Below are positions 46,036 to 55,352 of a stretch of 64,000 bases of DNA, in pieces; position 1 is the stretch's first letter, and each line of letters starts with the position of its first letter. The position numbers were made by a program, and so were the translations under genes. The stretch comes from an uncultured Acidobacteriota bacterium (GTDB lineage: Bacteria > Acidobacteriota > Terriglobia > UBA7540). The DNA lies in assembly GCA_963804995.1 (NCBI GenBank), contig CAWDSK010000001.1:416001-480000 (forward strand), written 5' to 3'. The notes below the pieces were generated by a model. The model did no database searches. It saw nothing but the letters and a program-made list of their open reading frames with translations, and was not told the DNA's origin.

Positions 46036-48084
46036 CTAACTCCGCAGGCGCACCCCCAGGGGCGCCAGCGCGGCCAATACGCGTTCGCTCAACTGGCCGA
46101 CCTCTTCGCTGGTGAGCGTGTGCGTCAGGCTCTGGAGATCGACACGCAGCAAAAGCCCATAGTGGCCTGTGGGGAGTGTGGCCACGGTGGATGGGTCGGC
46201 CCGGTCAACGGGACGAAAGCCCTGAATCTCTTCCATTGCCAAGGCGGCAATTGCTACTGAGAGGCGGGCATAGGGCACCTCGTCCGGCACAATCAGTGAG
46301 AAGTCTCGCTCCACAGCCGGAAACTTTGAGAACGTCTGGAACTGCCGGGAGCGAAGTGAGAAAGTGAGGAGTTGTTCAAAATCGATTTCCGCTATCCACA
46401 CCGCCGGCCGTAACTTGTATTCGCGCGCCACGTCCTGCCGGAGTTGCCCAAAAACCGCCAACGGCTCTCCCCGCGAAGTCAGGCGCGCACTGAGCCTGGC
46501 ATCGTAATATGCGCTCCCTGGGGATTCAAAGTCCAAGCCTGGCAGGTCGAAAGCTGCAAGGATCGTCTCGACGTCGCCCTTTAAGTCGAAAAAGTCGAGT
46601 GTCTTTTCGGTATCGTGAGTCGACGCCGGCCGCTGATGCCCCGTGCTGCCGAGGGTGAGAACGCGGCGTTCTTCCGGAGCTCCCTGCGCATCTAGGTTGT
46701 AGGTCTTCCCGATCTCAAAAAACCTCATGTCCACCAGGTCTCGGTCCAGATTCCAGCGAATCGCCCGAAGCATACTGGGGACTGCGGAGGCGCGCATGGC
46801 AGATGCATCCTGGCTCAGTGGATTGGCCAGCACCACCGAAGGACGATTCGCGAAGCGCTCGTTCTCAGCAGGGTCGACCATAGCCGGCGCGATGATTTCA
46901 TAGTATCCCAGCCCCACCAGCCGGGAAGACACCGTCAGGATCTTATCGCGGTCCGTGTCCCTTTCGATGCGCGGCGGCGCGGGGCGAACGCGTGCGGGCA
47001 GACGGTCGTAACCGAATTGCCGAGCCACTTCTTCGACCAAATCAACTTCCCGGGAGACATCCAGCCGAAAGGAAGGCACAGAAACCTGCCAGCCTTCTGT
47101 ACCTCGTCGCTCGGGCTGGAATCCCAAGCCGCGCAAGATGCGCTCCACCTCATCGTCTGGGACCTCGGCACCCAGCATGCGGGCGATCTCGATTTTCCGA
47201 AACAACAGGTCTTCTCTGCGCGCCGGGCGCGGATAGACGTTGATCACACCTCGCAGAATCTCTCCGCCGGCAAGTTCCTGAATCAAGTCCGTAGCGCGGT
47301 CCAGGGCCAGGGGGGCCATCTCGATGTCAGCGCCGCGCTCGAAGCGGTGTGAAGCTTCCGTGTGCATCCCCTGAGCCTTGGACGTCCGGCGAATCGAGAG
47401 GGGCTCGAACCACGCACTTTCGAGCAGCACAGAGCGAGTGCTCGTGGAAATCTCGGACTCCTCTCCGCCCATAACCCCCGCCAGAGCCACAGGGCGCACA
47501 CCATCCGCTATGACCAGGTTCTCGCGGGTCAAGGTGCGCTCGACGCCGTCGAGAGTGCGCAACGGCTCACCGGGTCTGGCGCGCCGCACGATGATCTTCT
47601 GCTGTCTGAGCCGGGACAAATCGAAGGCATGAAGAGGATGGCCCAGCTCCATCAACACGTAGTTTGTGATGTCAGCCACGTTGTTGATGGGGCGCTGGCC
47701 AATCGCTTCCAAGCGTTTCACCAACCAGGCCGGTGAGGGCTTTACCTGGACGTTCTGCACAACCCGCCCGCAATACCGCGCGCAAAGGTCGGGATCAGCA
47801 ATTTCAATGGTGGCCGCATCCGTTGAGGACCCACCGGACTCCTTCACCTGCACTTCTATTTTCCTCAGGGGCAGGCGATAGAGCGTAGCAAGTTCTCTCG
47901 CAGTACCGAAATGGCTCAGGCAGTCGGGGCGATTGGTGGTGACTTCCACGTTGAGAACCCAGTCATCGCCCACCTGCGCCAGCGCCTCCGTGTTCAGGCC
48001 GATCATCGTCAGGTCGGACTTGAGCTGACGTGCGTTACTCGGAACATCCACGAATTCTTTGAGCCAGTTTAGAGATATCTTCAT
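46036..48084 (-). CDS. pheT: Phenylalanine-tRNA ligase beta subunit (short form)
   Basis: MKISLNWLKEFV, NRPDCLS, INNVADITNYV, ALAGVMGG, RFERG, DLVEEVAR, SKFP..ERD. Confidence 0.96.
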   Translation of the reverse strand: MKISLNWLKEFVDVPSNARQLKSDLTMIGLNTEALAQVGDDWVLNVEVTTNRPDCLSHFGTARELATLYRLPLRKIEVQVKESGGSSTDAATIEIADPDLCARYCGRVVQNVQVKPSPAWLVKRLEAIGQRPINNVADITNYVLMELGHPLHAFDLSRLRQQKIIVRRARPGEPLRTLDGVERTLTRENLVIADGVRPVALAGVMGGEESEISTSTRSVLLESAWFEPLSIRRTSKAQGMHTEASHRFERGADIEMAPLALDRATDLIQELAGGEILRGVINVYPRPARREDLLFRKIEIARMLGAEVPDDEVERILRGLGFQPERRGTEGWQVSVPSFRLDVSREVDLVEEVARQFGYDRLPARVRPAPPRIERDTDRDKILTVSSRLVGLGYYEIIAPAMVDPAENERFANRPSVVLANPLSQDASAMRASAVPSMLRAIRWNLDRDLVDMRFFEIGKTYNLDAQGAPEERRVLTLGSTGHQRPASTHDTEKTLDFFDLKGDVETILAAFDLPGLDFESPGSAYYDARLSARLTSRGEPLAVFGQLRQDVAREYKLRPAVWIAEIDFEQLLTFSLRSRQFQTFSKFPAVERDFSLIVPDEVPYARLSVAIAALAMEEIQGFRPVDRADPSTVATLPTGHYGLLLRVDLQSLTHTLTSEEVGQLSERVLAALAPLGVRLRS

Positions 48085-48107
48085 GGTTGGGTAACGCCGG
48101 GAGAAAT

Positions 48108-49238
48108 TCAGAATTGCTGCAAGAAACGAAGATCGCTCTGAAAGAAGAGCTGAATGTCATTGATGTCGTACTTCATCATCGCGAATCGGTCCACGCCCAG
48201 CCCGAAAGCCCAGCCGGAATATATTTCGGGATCGATCCCGCCGTTGCGCAGGACCGTAGGATGGACCATACCGCAACCCATCACTTCAATCCAGCCGCTT
48301 TCTTTGCACACCCTGCAACCCTCACCCCCGCAGAAAATACAACTTATGGCCACCTCGCCGCTGGGTTCGGTGAAGGGGAAAAAGCTGGGTTGAAAACGCG
48401 TGCGAATCTTTTCGCCAAAGAGCTTCTTGGCAAAGAAGTTGAGCGTCCCTTTCAGATCGGCGAACGTAATATCTTTCGCAATGGCCAGGCCTTCGATTTG
48501 ATGAAACATCGGCGAGTGGCTGGCGTCAGGATTGTCGTGCCGGTAGCACTTCCCGGGAATGATGATATGGAGCGGCGCGCCGTATTTTTCCATCGACCGG
48601 ATTTGCACGGGGGAGGTGTGGGTGCGCAAAACAGTTTTCGAGTCGATGTAGAGCGTGTCCCAGTCATCCCGCGAGGGGTGACTTTCCGGAATGTTCAGCG
48701 CGTCGAAGTTGTAATAGACGGATTCAATCTCCGGTCCCGTCTCGATGTGAAACCCGAGATTGAGGAAGATCTCTTCAATTTCGCGCTGCATTTGTGTAAC
48801 CGGATGCAGCGAGCCGAGCGGGCGGCGGTTACCGGGAAGGGTAAGATCCGGGGGCGGGACAATTTCCGCCGCGAGCTTTAGGTATTGGGCCTGGGTTACT
48901 TGAACTTCCCTCAGCAACAACTCGACCTCTAATGTCTCAGCCGCCTGCCGAAGAGTATTGAAGCTCCGGCCAACATTCGGTTTCAGTTCTTTTGATGAAG
49001 CCTTCAGCCAATGTTCATCGATCAGTGATAGCAGTCCGTTCTTGCGCGCCAGCCAGCGGTCGCGAAGGTCTTTGCAAAGTTTGCCGCGCTCGGCTTCACT
49101 TGAGGTGCCGCGCGAGACCAGGCTGCTCCTCTCCTGATCCATCGCCGCGCGCACCTCCGCAAAGAGCGTTTCCACGCCTGAAGCGTCGGTAACGCCGAGT
49201 TCGGCAAGCGTCTTCCGAACTTTTTCATCGAGGGTCAT
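48108..49238 (-). CDS. pheS: Phenylalanine-tRNA ligase alpha subunit
   Basis: NFDALN, LRTHTSPVQIR, FHQIEG, FPFTEP, GCGMVHP, FGLGVDR. Confidence 0.96.
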   Translation of the reverse strand: MTLDEKVRKTLAELGVTDASGVETLFAEVRAAMDQERSSLVSRGTSSEAERGKLCKDLRDRWLARKNGLLSLIDEHWLKASSKELKPNVGRSFNTLRQAAETLEVELLLREVQVTQAQYLKLAAEIVPPPDLTLPGNRRPLGSLHPVTQMQREIEEIFLNLGFHIETGPEIESVYYNFDALNIPESHPSRDDWDTLYIDSKTVLRTHTSPVQIRSMEKYGAPLHIIIPGKCYRHDNPDASHSPMFHQIEGLAIAKDITFADLKGTLNFFAKKLFGEKIRTRFQPSFFPFTEPSGEVAISCIFCGGEGCRVCKESGWIEVMGCGMVHPTVLRNGGIDPEIYSGWAFGLGVDRFAMMKYDINDIQLFFQSDLRFLQQF

Positions 49239-49315
49239 GGCGAGGATTTGCACTTGCTAGAGGCGGTTGCCTTGGCGACCGCCCCTGCATAAAGCCTTGC
49301 CCGGAAAACTCGGCC

Positions 49316-49690
49316 CTAAGTTGTCGGCGCCGGGCTGCTCAGCGTCTGCTTCACCTTGCCGACCAGATCAGCGAACCCGGTCTGATCCTTCACGGCCATT
49401 TCCGCAAGCATCTTGCGGTCCAGTTCCACTCCCAGGATCTTTAGTCCGTGAATGAGCTGGCTGTAAGTGACGTTGTGCAGACGGGCGGCGGCGCCGATGC
49501 GCAGGATCCAGAGGCGGCGGAAATCGCGTTTGCGACGCCGCCGGTCGCGGTAAGCATAACGACCGGACTTATCCGCGGCCTCCTGCATCGCTCGATAGAG
49601 CTTGCTTTTGTTGAGGAAAAATCCTTTGGTGAGCTTGGCGAGCTTCTTCCGATTGGCGCGGCGGACTGTGCCACGCTTAACTCGAGGCAT
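49316..49690 (-). CDS. rplT: 50S ribosomal protein L20
   Basis: MPRVKRG, YAYRDRRRRKRDFRRLWI.RI, LDRKMLA. Confidence 0.97.
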   Translation of the reverse strand: MPRVKRGTVRRANRKKLAKLTKGFFLNKSKLYRAMQEAADKSGRYAYRDRRRRKRDFRRLWILRIGAAARLHNVTYSQLIHGLKILGVELDRKMLAEMAVKDQTGFADLVGKVKQTLSSPAPTT

Positions 49691-49772
49691 GGGTTTATCT
49701 CCTTTACTGGAATTTGTGGGGCAGTGAAGGCACCCTATGGGCCTCGGTAAAGCCTTCCCGCACCCTGAACAG

Positions 49773-49876
49773 TAGGGAACAGGTTACAGGGAACAGGTAA
49801 CAGACTGCCGTCCCAGGGAGTTCGGTTGGCTGTTCCCTCTGACCTCTTCCCTGTTCCCTATTCCCTGTTCCCTATT
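49773..49876. repeat. Inverted heptamer arrays (AGGGAAC / GTTCCCT) between rpmI and rplT
   Basis: agggaacaggttacagggaacaggtaacag ... ctgttccctattccctgttccct. Confidence 0.75.
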
Positions 49877-49888
49877 ACCACCTCGCGC

Positions 49889-50110
49889 TTATCTCCCGTA
49901 GGGGAGCATGCGGCGAACCTGTGCCACGTCGGCGGGCGACAACTCAACGGCCTTAGCCAGCCGTCGCTTCCGCTTGCTAGGCTTGGAAGTGAGAATGTGA
50001 CGGGCGAACGAGTGATGACGCATAACCTTGCCGCTGCCGGTTATCTTGAACCGCTTGGCGGCTCCCTTGTGAGTCTTGAGCTTCAATTTAACTTTCTTAA
50101 CCTTGGCCAA
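49889..50110 (-). CDS. rpmI: 50S ribosomal protein L35
   Basis: [32 protein letters not shown] start. Confidence 0.96.
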   Translation of the reverse strand: MAKVKKVKLKLKTHKGAAKRFKITGSGKVMRHHSFARHILTSKPSKRKRRLAKAVELSPADVAQVRRMLPYGR

Positions 50111-50112
50111 AT

Positions 50113-50736
50113 CTATCCTCCTGAAGAACCGTGCGAGCCTGCGGGCTTGGCTTGAGCCGTCAGGGGCGCGTTGGGCTGGGTGGTCGCCGCTGGACGCGCC
50201 GCTGGCGCCGCGGATTTGCCCGCCGACTTTTTGGGCGCCATGATGGCAGTCAGGTTCGGACCCTCGAGCCGGGGTCGAGCCTCCACTTGGCCAGCTTCAC
50301 CTACCTCCTGAATCAGGCGCTCGATCATGTTGAAACCTAAATCCCGATGAGCCATCTCCCGCCCACGAAACATGATCGTGACTTTGACTTTTGCCCCCTC
50401 TTGCAGAAAATCAACGACCTTATTCCGTTTCGTCTCGAAATCGTGCGCGGAAGTCCGGGGCCGCATTTTGACTTCCTTCAGCCCAATTGACTTCTGATGC
50501 TTCCGGGCCTCGTGTTGTCGCTTGCTAAGCTGGTAGAGGTACTTCCCGTAGTTGATGATGCGGCAAACCGGAGGGTTTGCGGTCGGTGCAACTTCTACCA
50601 GGTCCAGGCCCTGACTCTTGGCTAGTTTTAGTGCCTCAACCGGAGGCATGATTCCCAGTTGCCCGCCTGCCTCATCAATAACCCGAATTTCGCGGGCACG
50701 AATCCTCTCATTTACTCGAACGAATCGATCGGCGAT
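50113..50736 (-). CDS. infC: Translation initiation factor IF-3 (non-canonical ATC start inferred)
   Basis: [48 protein letters not shown] just upstream of an in-frame ATC. Confidence 0.95.
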   Translation of the reverse strand: MADRFVRVNERIRAREIRVIDEAGGQLGIMPPVEALKLAKSQGLDLVEVAPTANPPVCRIINYGKYLYQLSKRQHEARKHQKSIGLKEVKMRPRTSAHDFETKRNKVVDFLQEGAKVKVTIMFRGREMAHRDLGFNMIERLIQEVGEAGQVEARPRLEGPNLTAIMAPKKSAGKSAAPAARPAATTQPNAPLTAQAKPAGSHGSSGG

Positions 50737-50825
50737 AAATCTTCCCTCCCAGCCCCCACGGGGGCCAAAAAAACGCAAGTTCCTTTTAGGACTGGGAACG
50801 ACCCGGTCCACAGGTTTCGCTTAGC

Positions 50826-52763
50826 TTACCATTTCGCAGCCCGAGTGTCGATAAGCTGTTGAGCCCAATTGATGAACTCCCCAACCGGGCGGGAACCGGC
50901 ATCGCCGGAGTCTCTACGCCGAACCGCTACGCTGTGGGTCTGGGCCTCGCGGTCGCCCACGACGAGCATGAAGGGAACCTTCTGCAATTGGGCGTCCCGG
51001 ATGCGCGAATTCAACTTCTCGTTGCGGTTGTCCAGTTGTACACGCAGCTTCGCCCCGCGGAGTTCCTCGAAAACCGTCTGAGCATAAGACAGATGTTTGT
51101 CGCTAATGGGCAAAACTACGGCTTGAACCGGCGCTAACCACACGGGAAAGGCTCCGGCATAGTGCTCAATCAGAACTCCAAAGAACCTTTCAATGGACCC
51201 GAGTAGCGCGCGATGCACCATGACCGGAGTGTGGGGATGGCCGTCCGATCCCGCGTACTCCAAACCGAAACGCCGCGGCAGGTTGAAATCAAACTGCACA
51301 GTGGTAAGTTGCCAGGGGCGCCCGATGGCGTCCACCAGCTTGATATCGATCTTCGGCCCGTAAAACACCGCTTCCCCTGGCATGTATTTGAAGGGGATGT
51401 CCATGCGCTTCAGCGTGTTCATCAAAGCGCCTTCTGACTGCGCCCATTCTTCCTCGGTGCCCGCGTAATGTGCGGGATCTCCCGGATCGCGGGCCGAAAG
51501 CTCGACTTGGTAGTGGTCGAAGCCGAACGTCTTGAGCACCAGGAAAGCGAAATCCACACAAGCCTGAACTTCGGACTCGAGCTGTTCGGGCATGCAAAAA
51601 ACGTGGGCGTCATCCTGCGTGAACCCGCGCACGCGTAGTAGTCCGTGCATGACGCCCGAGCGCTCGTAGCGGTATACCGTGCCGAGCTCCGCCAACCTCA
51701 TGGGCAGCTCGCGATAACTGCGCGCCCGCGACTTGTAGATCAGGATGTGCCCGGGGCAGTTCATGGGCTTGAGCTGATACTGGTCGTTTTCTACTTCCAT
51801 CGCCCCGAACATGTTCTCGCGATAAAAGTTCGTGTGGCCGCTGGTTTCCCAAAGATGCAAGCGCATGGCATGCGGAGTAAAAACCAGATCGTACCCGCGA
51901 GCCGTCAACTCATCGCGCAGCCAATCCTCTATTTCCCTGCGAATCACCCCACCCTTGGGGTGCCAGAAAATCAGCCCTGGCCCCGCATCGTCCTGAATGC
52001 TGAAAAGATCGAGGTCCTTGCCCAGGCGGCGATGGTCACGCTTTTTGGCCTCCTCGATCTGCTGGAGAAATGCATCCAGGTCCTTTTGGGTGAAGAAGGC
52101 GGTCCCGTAAATACGCTGCATGGGGTGCGATTTCTCATCACCCTTCCAGTGAGCTCCCGCCACGCTCAGCAGCTTGAACGCCTTGATTCGACCGGTGGAG
52201 GGAACGTGCGGCCCGCGGCAGAAGTCCAGGAACTTGCCGGTGCGGTACGCGGAAAACACCGGGTCGGCTTTTTCCTCGATCAGTTGGCACTTCAGGAATT
52301 CGCCCATCTGGTCAAAGATCTTCAGGCCTTCTTCTTTGGGATAATAGACACGCTCGTTGGGCAAATCAGCCTTGACGAGCTCCCGCATCTTCGCCTCGAT
52401 CTTTTCGAGATCCTCTTCCGTGAAGGGCTTCTCGCGGTAGAAATCGTAAAAGAAGCCGGTCTCGGTGGGTGGCCCGATGCCCGGATGAGCGTCCGGAAAG
52501 AGGTCCGTGACCGCCGCGGCCAGCAAGTGCGCGGAGGAGTGGCGAAAAATCTCCAGGCCTTCGGGAGATGCGGGGGTGATGAACTGAATGGGCCCGCCCG
52601 CCTCGAGCTTCGTCGAAAGATCGATGAGCTGGTCGCCCACCTTCGCGGCCACCGCATCAGCAGCCAGACGTGGGCCGATCGATTTCGCAACCTCTAGCGC
52701 CGTAGTGCCCTGGGAATATTCTCGGGATGCCCCATCCGGGAAACTTACTTGAATGTTAGCCAT
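50826..52763 (-). CDS. thrS: Threonine-tRNA ligase
   Basis: RHSSAH, DFCRGPH, RDHRRLG, KPMNCPGH, GLLRVRGFTQDD, FYGPK, HRA..GS.ERF. Confidence 0.97.
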   Translation of the reverse strand: MANIQVSFPDGASREYSQGTTALEVAKSIGPRLAADAVAAKVGDQLIDLSTKLEAGGPIQFITPASPEGLEIFRHSSAHLLAAAVTDLFPDAHPGIGPPTETGFFYDFYREKPFTEEDLEKIEAKMRELVKADLPNERVYYPKEEGLKIFDQMGEFLKCQLIEEKADPVFSAYRTGKFLDFCRGPHVPSTGRIKAFKLLSVAGAHWKGDEKSHPMQRIYGTAFFTQKDLDAFLQQIEEAKKRDHRRLGKDLDLFSIQDDAGPGLIFWHPKGGVIRREIEDWLRDELTARGYDLVFTPHAMRLHLWETSGHTNFYRENMFGAMEVENDQYQLKPMNCPGHILIYKSRARSYRELPMRLAELGTVYRYERSGVMHGLLRVRGFTQDDAHVFCMPEQLESEVQACVDFAFLVLKTFGFDHYQVELSARDPGDPAHYAGTEEEWAQSEGALMNTLKRMDIPFKYMPGEAVFYGPKIDIKLVDAIGRPWQLTTVQFDFNLPRRFGLEYAGSDGHPHTPVMVHRALLGSIERFFGVLIEHYAGAFPVWLAPVQAVVLPISDKHLSYAQTVFEELRGAKLRVQLDNRNEKLNSRIRDAQLQKVPFMLVVGDREAQTHSVAVRRRDSGDAGSRPVGEFINWAQQLIDTRAAKW

Positions 52764-52942
52764 TGCTTAGGTTGTTTCCTGCCTTCAAAGTGCAAACTCT
52801 AACTATAACAATGAGTGTACCAATTGGTCAAACGTGAGGCTTCACTAGGGTGCGCGACATAAATGTAACGCTCTGGGCTGGCTCTTTTTTTGTCGCTTAT
52901 ATCCTAACGTATATGATACGTTAGGATAGAGGAGGCCTTAAC

Positions 52943-53348
52943 ATGCCCCAATCCCTTGAACGTCCTGGAGAACCAACGGGCGGAGTTGATCCGCCAGATC
53001 GCCCAACTGGGTGACCTCCGCAGTGGTTCGATCACCAGCATTACCGCCCGCTGCGGCAAGTCCAACTGTCACTGTCATCAGCCCCATCATCCCGGCCACG
53101 GCCCTAACTTCCGGCTCACTTACAAGGTGCAGGGCCGGACCGTCAGCGAAACCTTCCCCAGCCCTGCCGCCCGGCACCAGGCGGAACGACAGATTGCCGA
53201 GTTCCGCAGGTTTCAACAACTGCGCCGGGCCTTCGTGGAGGTGAACGAAAAAATCTGCCGTCAGCGCCCCCTCCCCCAGGAGGCCGAAGCGGCGGAGCAG
53301 GAAAAAAAACGGCGGAAGCCATTCAGCGGGAAGTGGCGCGAGAAGTAG
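52943..53348 (+). pseudogene. IS accessory protein (DUF6788-like), frameshifted near its start
   Basis: LRSGSI..CGK.NCHC..GHGP; the RBS-led ATG at 52943 is out of frame with the body by one extra C. Confidence 0.75.
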
Positions 53349-54661
53349 AGTCCCTGCTGGCGGTGATCTTTGCTGGGCGGCGCAAGTCCGGGACGCTGGA
53401 TTTGGAAGCCGTTGAGATGGCCACACGCGCGGCCATGCACCGGGCGGGGGCGGCGGTGCTGGAGGAGTTGCTGGCCGCCCCGGACGAGTGCCCTCGCCAA
53501 GTTCCCTGCGGCTGTGGTCGGGGGGCCCCCTACCGTGGCAGGCGTCGGAAGCAACTGCTGACCGTGCTGGGGCGGGTTGAGACCGAGCGTCCCTATTACG
53601 TTTGTCCGGCCTGTCACCGGGGACAGAGTCCCCGCGATCAGGAACTGGATGTGGAGGGCACGGAATATTCTCCTGGGGTGCGACGGATGATGGCGGTGGT
53701 GGGCAGCGAAACCTCCTTTGCGCTCGGTTGAGAACAACTGCAACTGCTGGCCGGGTTGGAGGTGACCACCAAGGCCGTGGAACGGCAGGCAGAGGCTCTG
53801 GGCGCCGAGATTGCCGCCCAGGAACAAGCCTCGATCCAGCAAGGCCTGCAACGGAACTTGCCGCAGGTGAGGGGACCGGAAATTCCGGTACTCTATGTGG
53901 AGATGGATGGGACGGGAGTACCGGTGGTGAGTTCGGAAACCGAGGGTCGAGCGGGGAAACAGAGCGAGCAAGCGCGCCCGCGGGAAGTGAAATTAGGTTG
54001 TGTCTTCGCCCAGACGACACGGGATGCCCGGGGCCGACCGGCGCGCGAAGAAGGCTCCACCACCTACACGGGAGGCATCGAAACGGCCGAGGTTTTTGGG
54101 CGACGCATCTACCTCGAAGCATATCGTCGGGGCTGGAACCGGGCCCAAAAGAAAGTGGTGATCGGCGATGGTGCTCCTTGGATTTGGAACCTCACCGCCG
54201 AGCACTTTCCGGGAGCCATTCAGATTGTGGATCTTTATCATGCCCGACAGCACTTATGGGAGCTGTCGGGCCAGCTCTGGCCCACCGACGAGCGCCACCG
54301 CCGAAGGTGGACCAGAAAACGGGAGGAGAAGTTGGAGAGCGGGCGGATCGAATCCCTAGTGCGCGATTTGCGCTCGCTGTTCCCAGCCACGCCCGAAGCC
54401 GCCGAACTCTTGCGCCACGCGGCAGATTATTTTACCGTCAACGCCCAACGGATGCGCTATCCGACCTTTCGGCGTCAGCATCTGTTCGTAGGTTCCGGGG
54501 TTGTCGAAGCCGGCTGCAAAACCCTCATCGGCACTCGGCTGAAGCGCTCCGGTATGTTCTGGAGGGTCCGCGGGGCCAATGCCATCATCGCCCTTCGCTG
54601 CCATCGCTTGAGCGGCAAATTCGAGGATTACTGGGAGAACCGTCGCCCCCGCGCGGCCTGA
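53333..54661 (+). pseudogene. ISKra4/UPF0236-type transposase with an internal TGA
   Basis: CGCG, YYVCPAC, YVEMDGTGVP, GDGAPWIW, DLYHA, GSGVVEAGCK, RLKRSGMFW; in-frame TGA at 53729-53731. Confidence 0.85.
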
Positions 54662-55352
54662 CCCACACAGATTTGTCGCACACCCCTTCACTACACAAAC
54701 CTAATAATCCCGTTTCTGATTCCTCCGGGCAGGCGAATGGGTGGTTGCGTTCTTCCGCTTGACAACACCCCATTACCCATTATTTCCCTATCATAAGTAT
54801 AAATTAAGGCTGCTGTCCCACAGTCCGACCTTCCTACCTTGGGATGCGGTCAGAATGACCGTCTGGCACTGCTGGGACGGGTCTCTGGTACCGCTTAATG
54901 CGACACCTTACCCTCATACTTGGCCAAGTAATGTGACAGGCGTCAGCTAGTAAATTGCCCAACACGTTGATTTTCAAGCGATTGACATTACCCGTTCACG
55001 TGACTTTTTGTGCCGTACAACCGGTCAAAACGACACTTCAGCGCAATCTCCTTAACCTTAACTCCTCTAACTCGTATCATTTGCACGCGAAACTCTGGGG
55101 CCTCGGACCATCGTGGGTTTCACCTGTGGTGGTCTCCGCGACACCAAATTTGGGTGCGCTAGCACTGATTCGTATGTTCCGGCGCAGGGAGAGGCGTGAG
55201 GTGGCTTGCCATCCACGTTTTTGCCACAAAGCGCCAAGTTGAGAAACTCGGGTTCAGGTCCGTCCCAGACCCGGCGACTCGGGGGTTCGAGGGCAAGCGC
55301 GCACCGCTCCGCGGGGAGCGATCGTCATTTTAGGGGGAGAGGATAAATCACT

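Larger units (their letters stand above)
52848..54685 (+). mobile_element. ISKra4-family-like insertion sequence (inactivated)
   Basis: Inverted ends GGGTGCGCGACA / TGTCGCACACCC; 8-bp target duplication CTTCACTA at 52840-52847 and 54686-54693. Confidence 0.9.

Noticed and set aside
53729..53731. Selenocysteine or readthrough TGA in the transposase
   Set aside because: The context G-*-EQL fits a simple CGA to TGA nonsense change at a non-catalytic position
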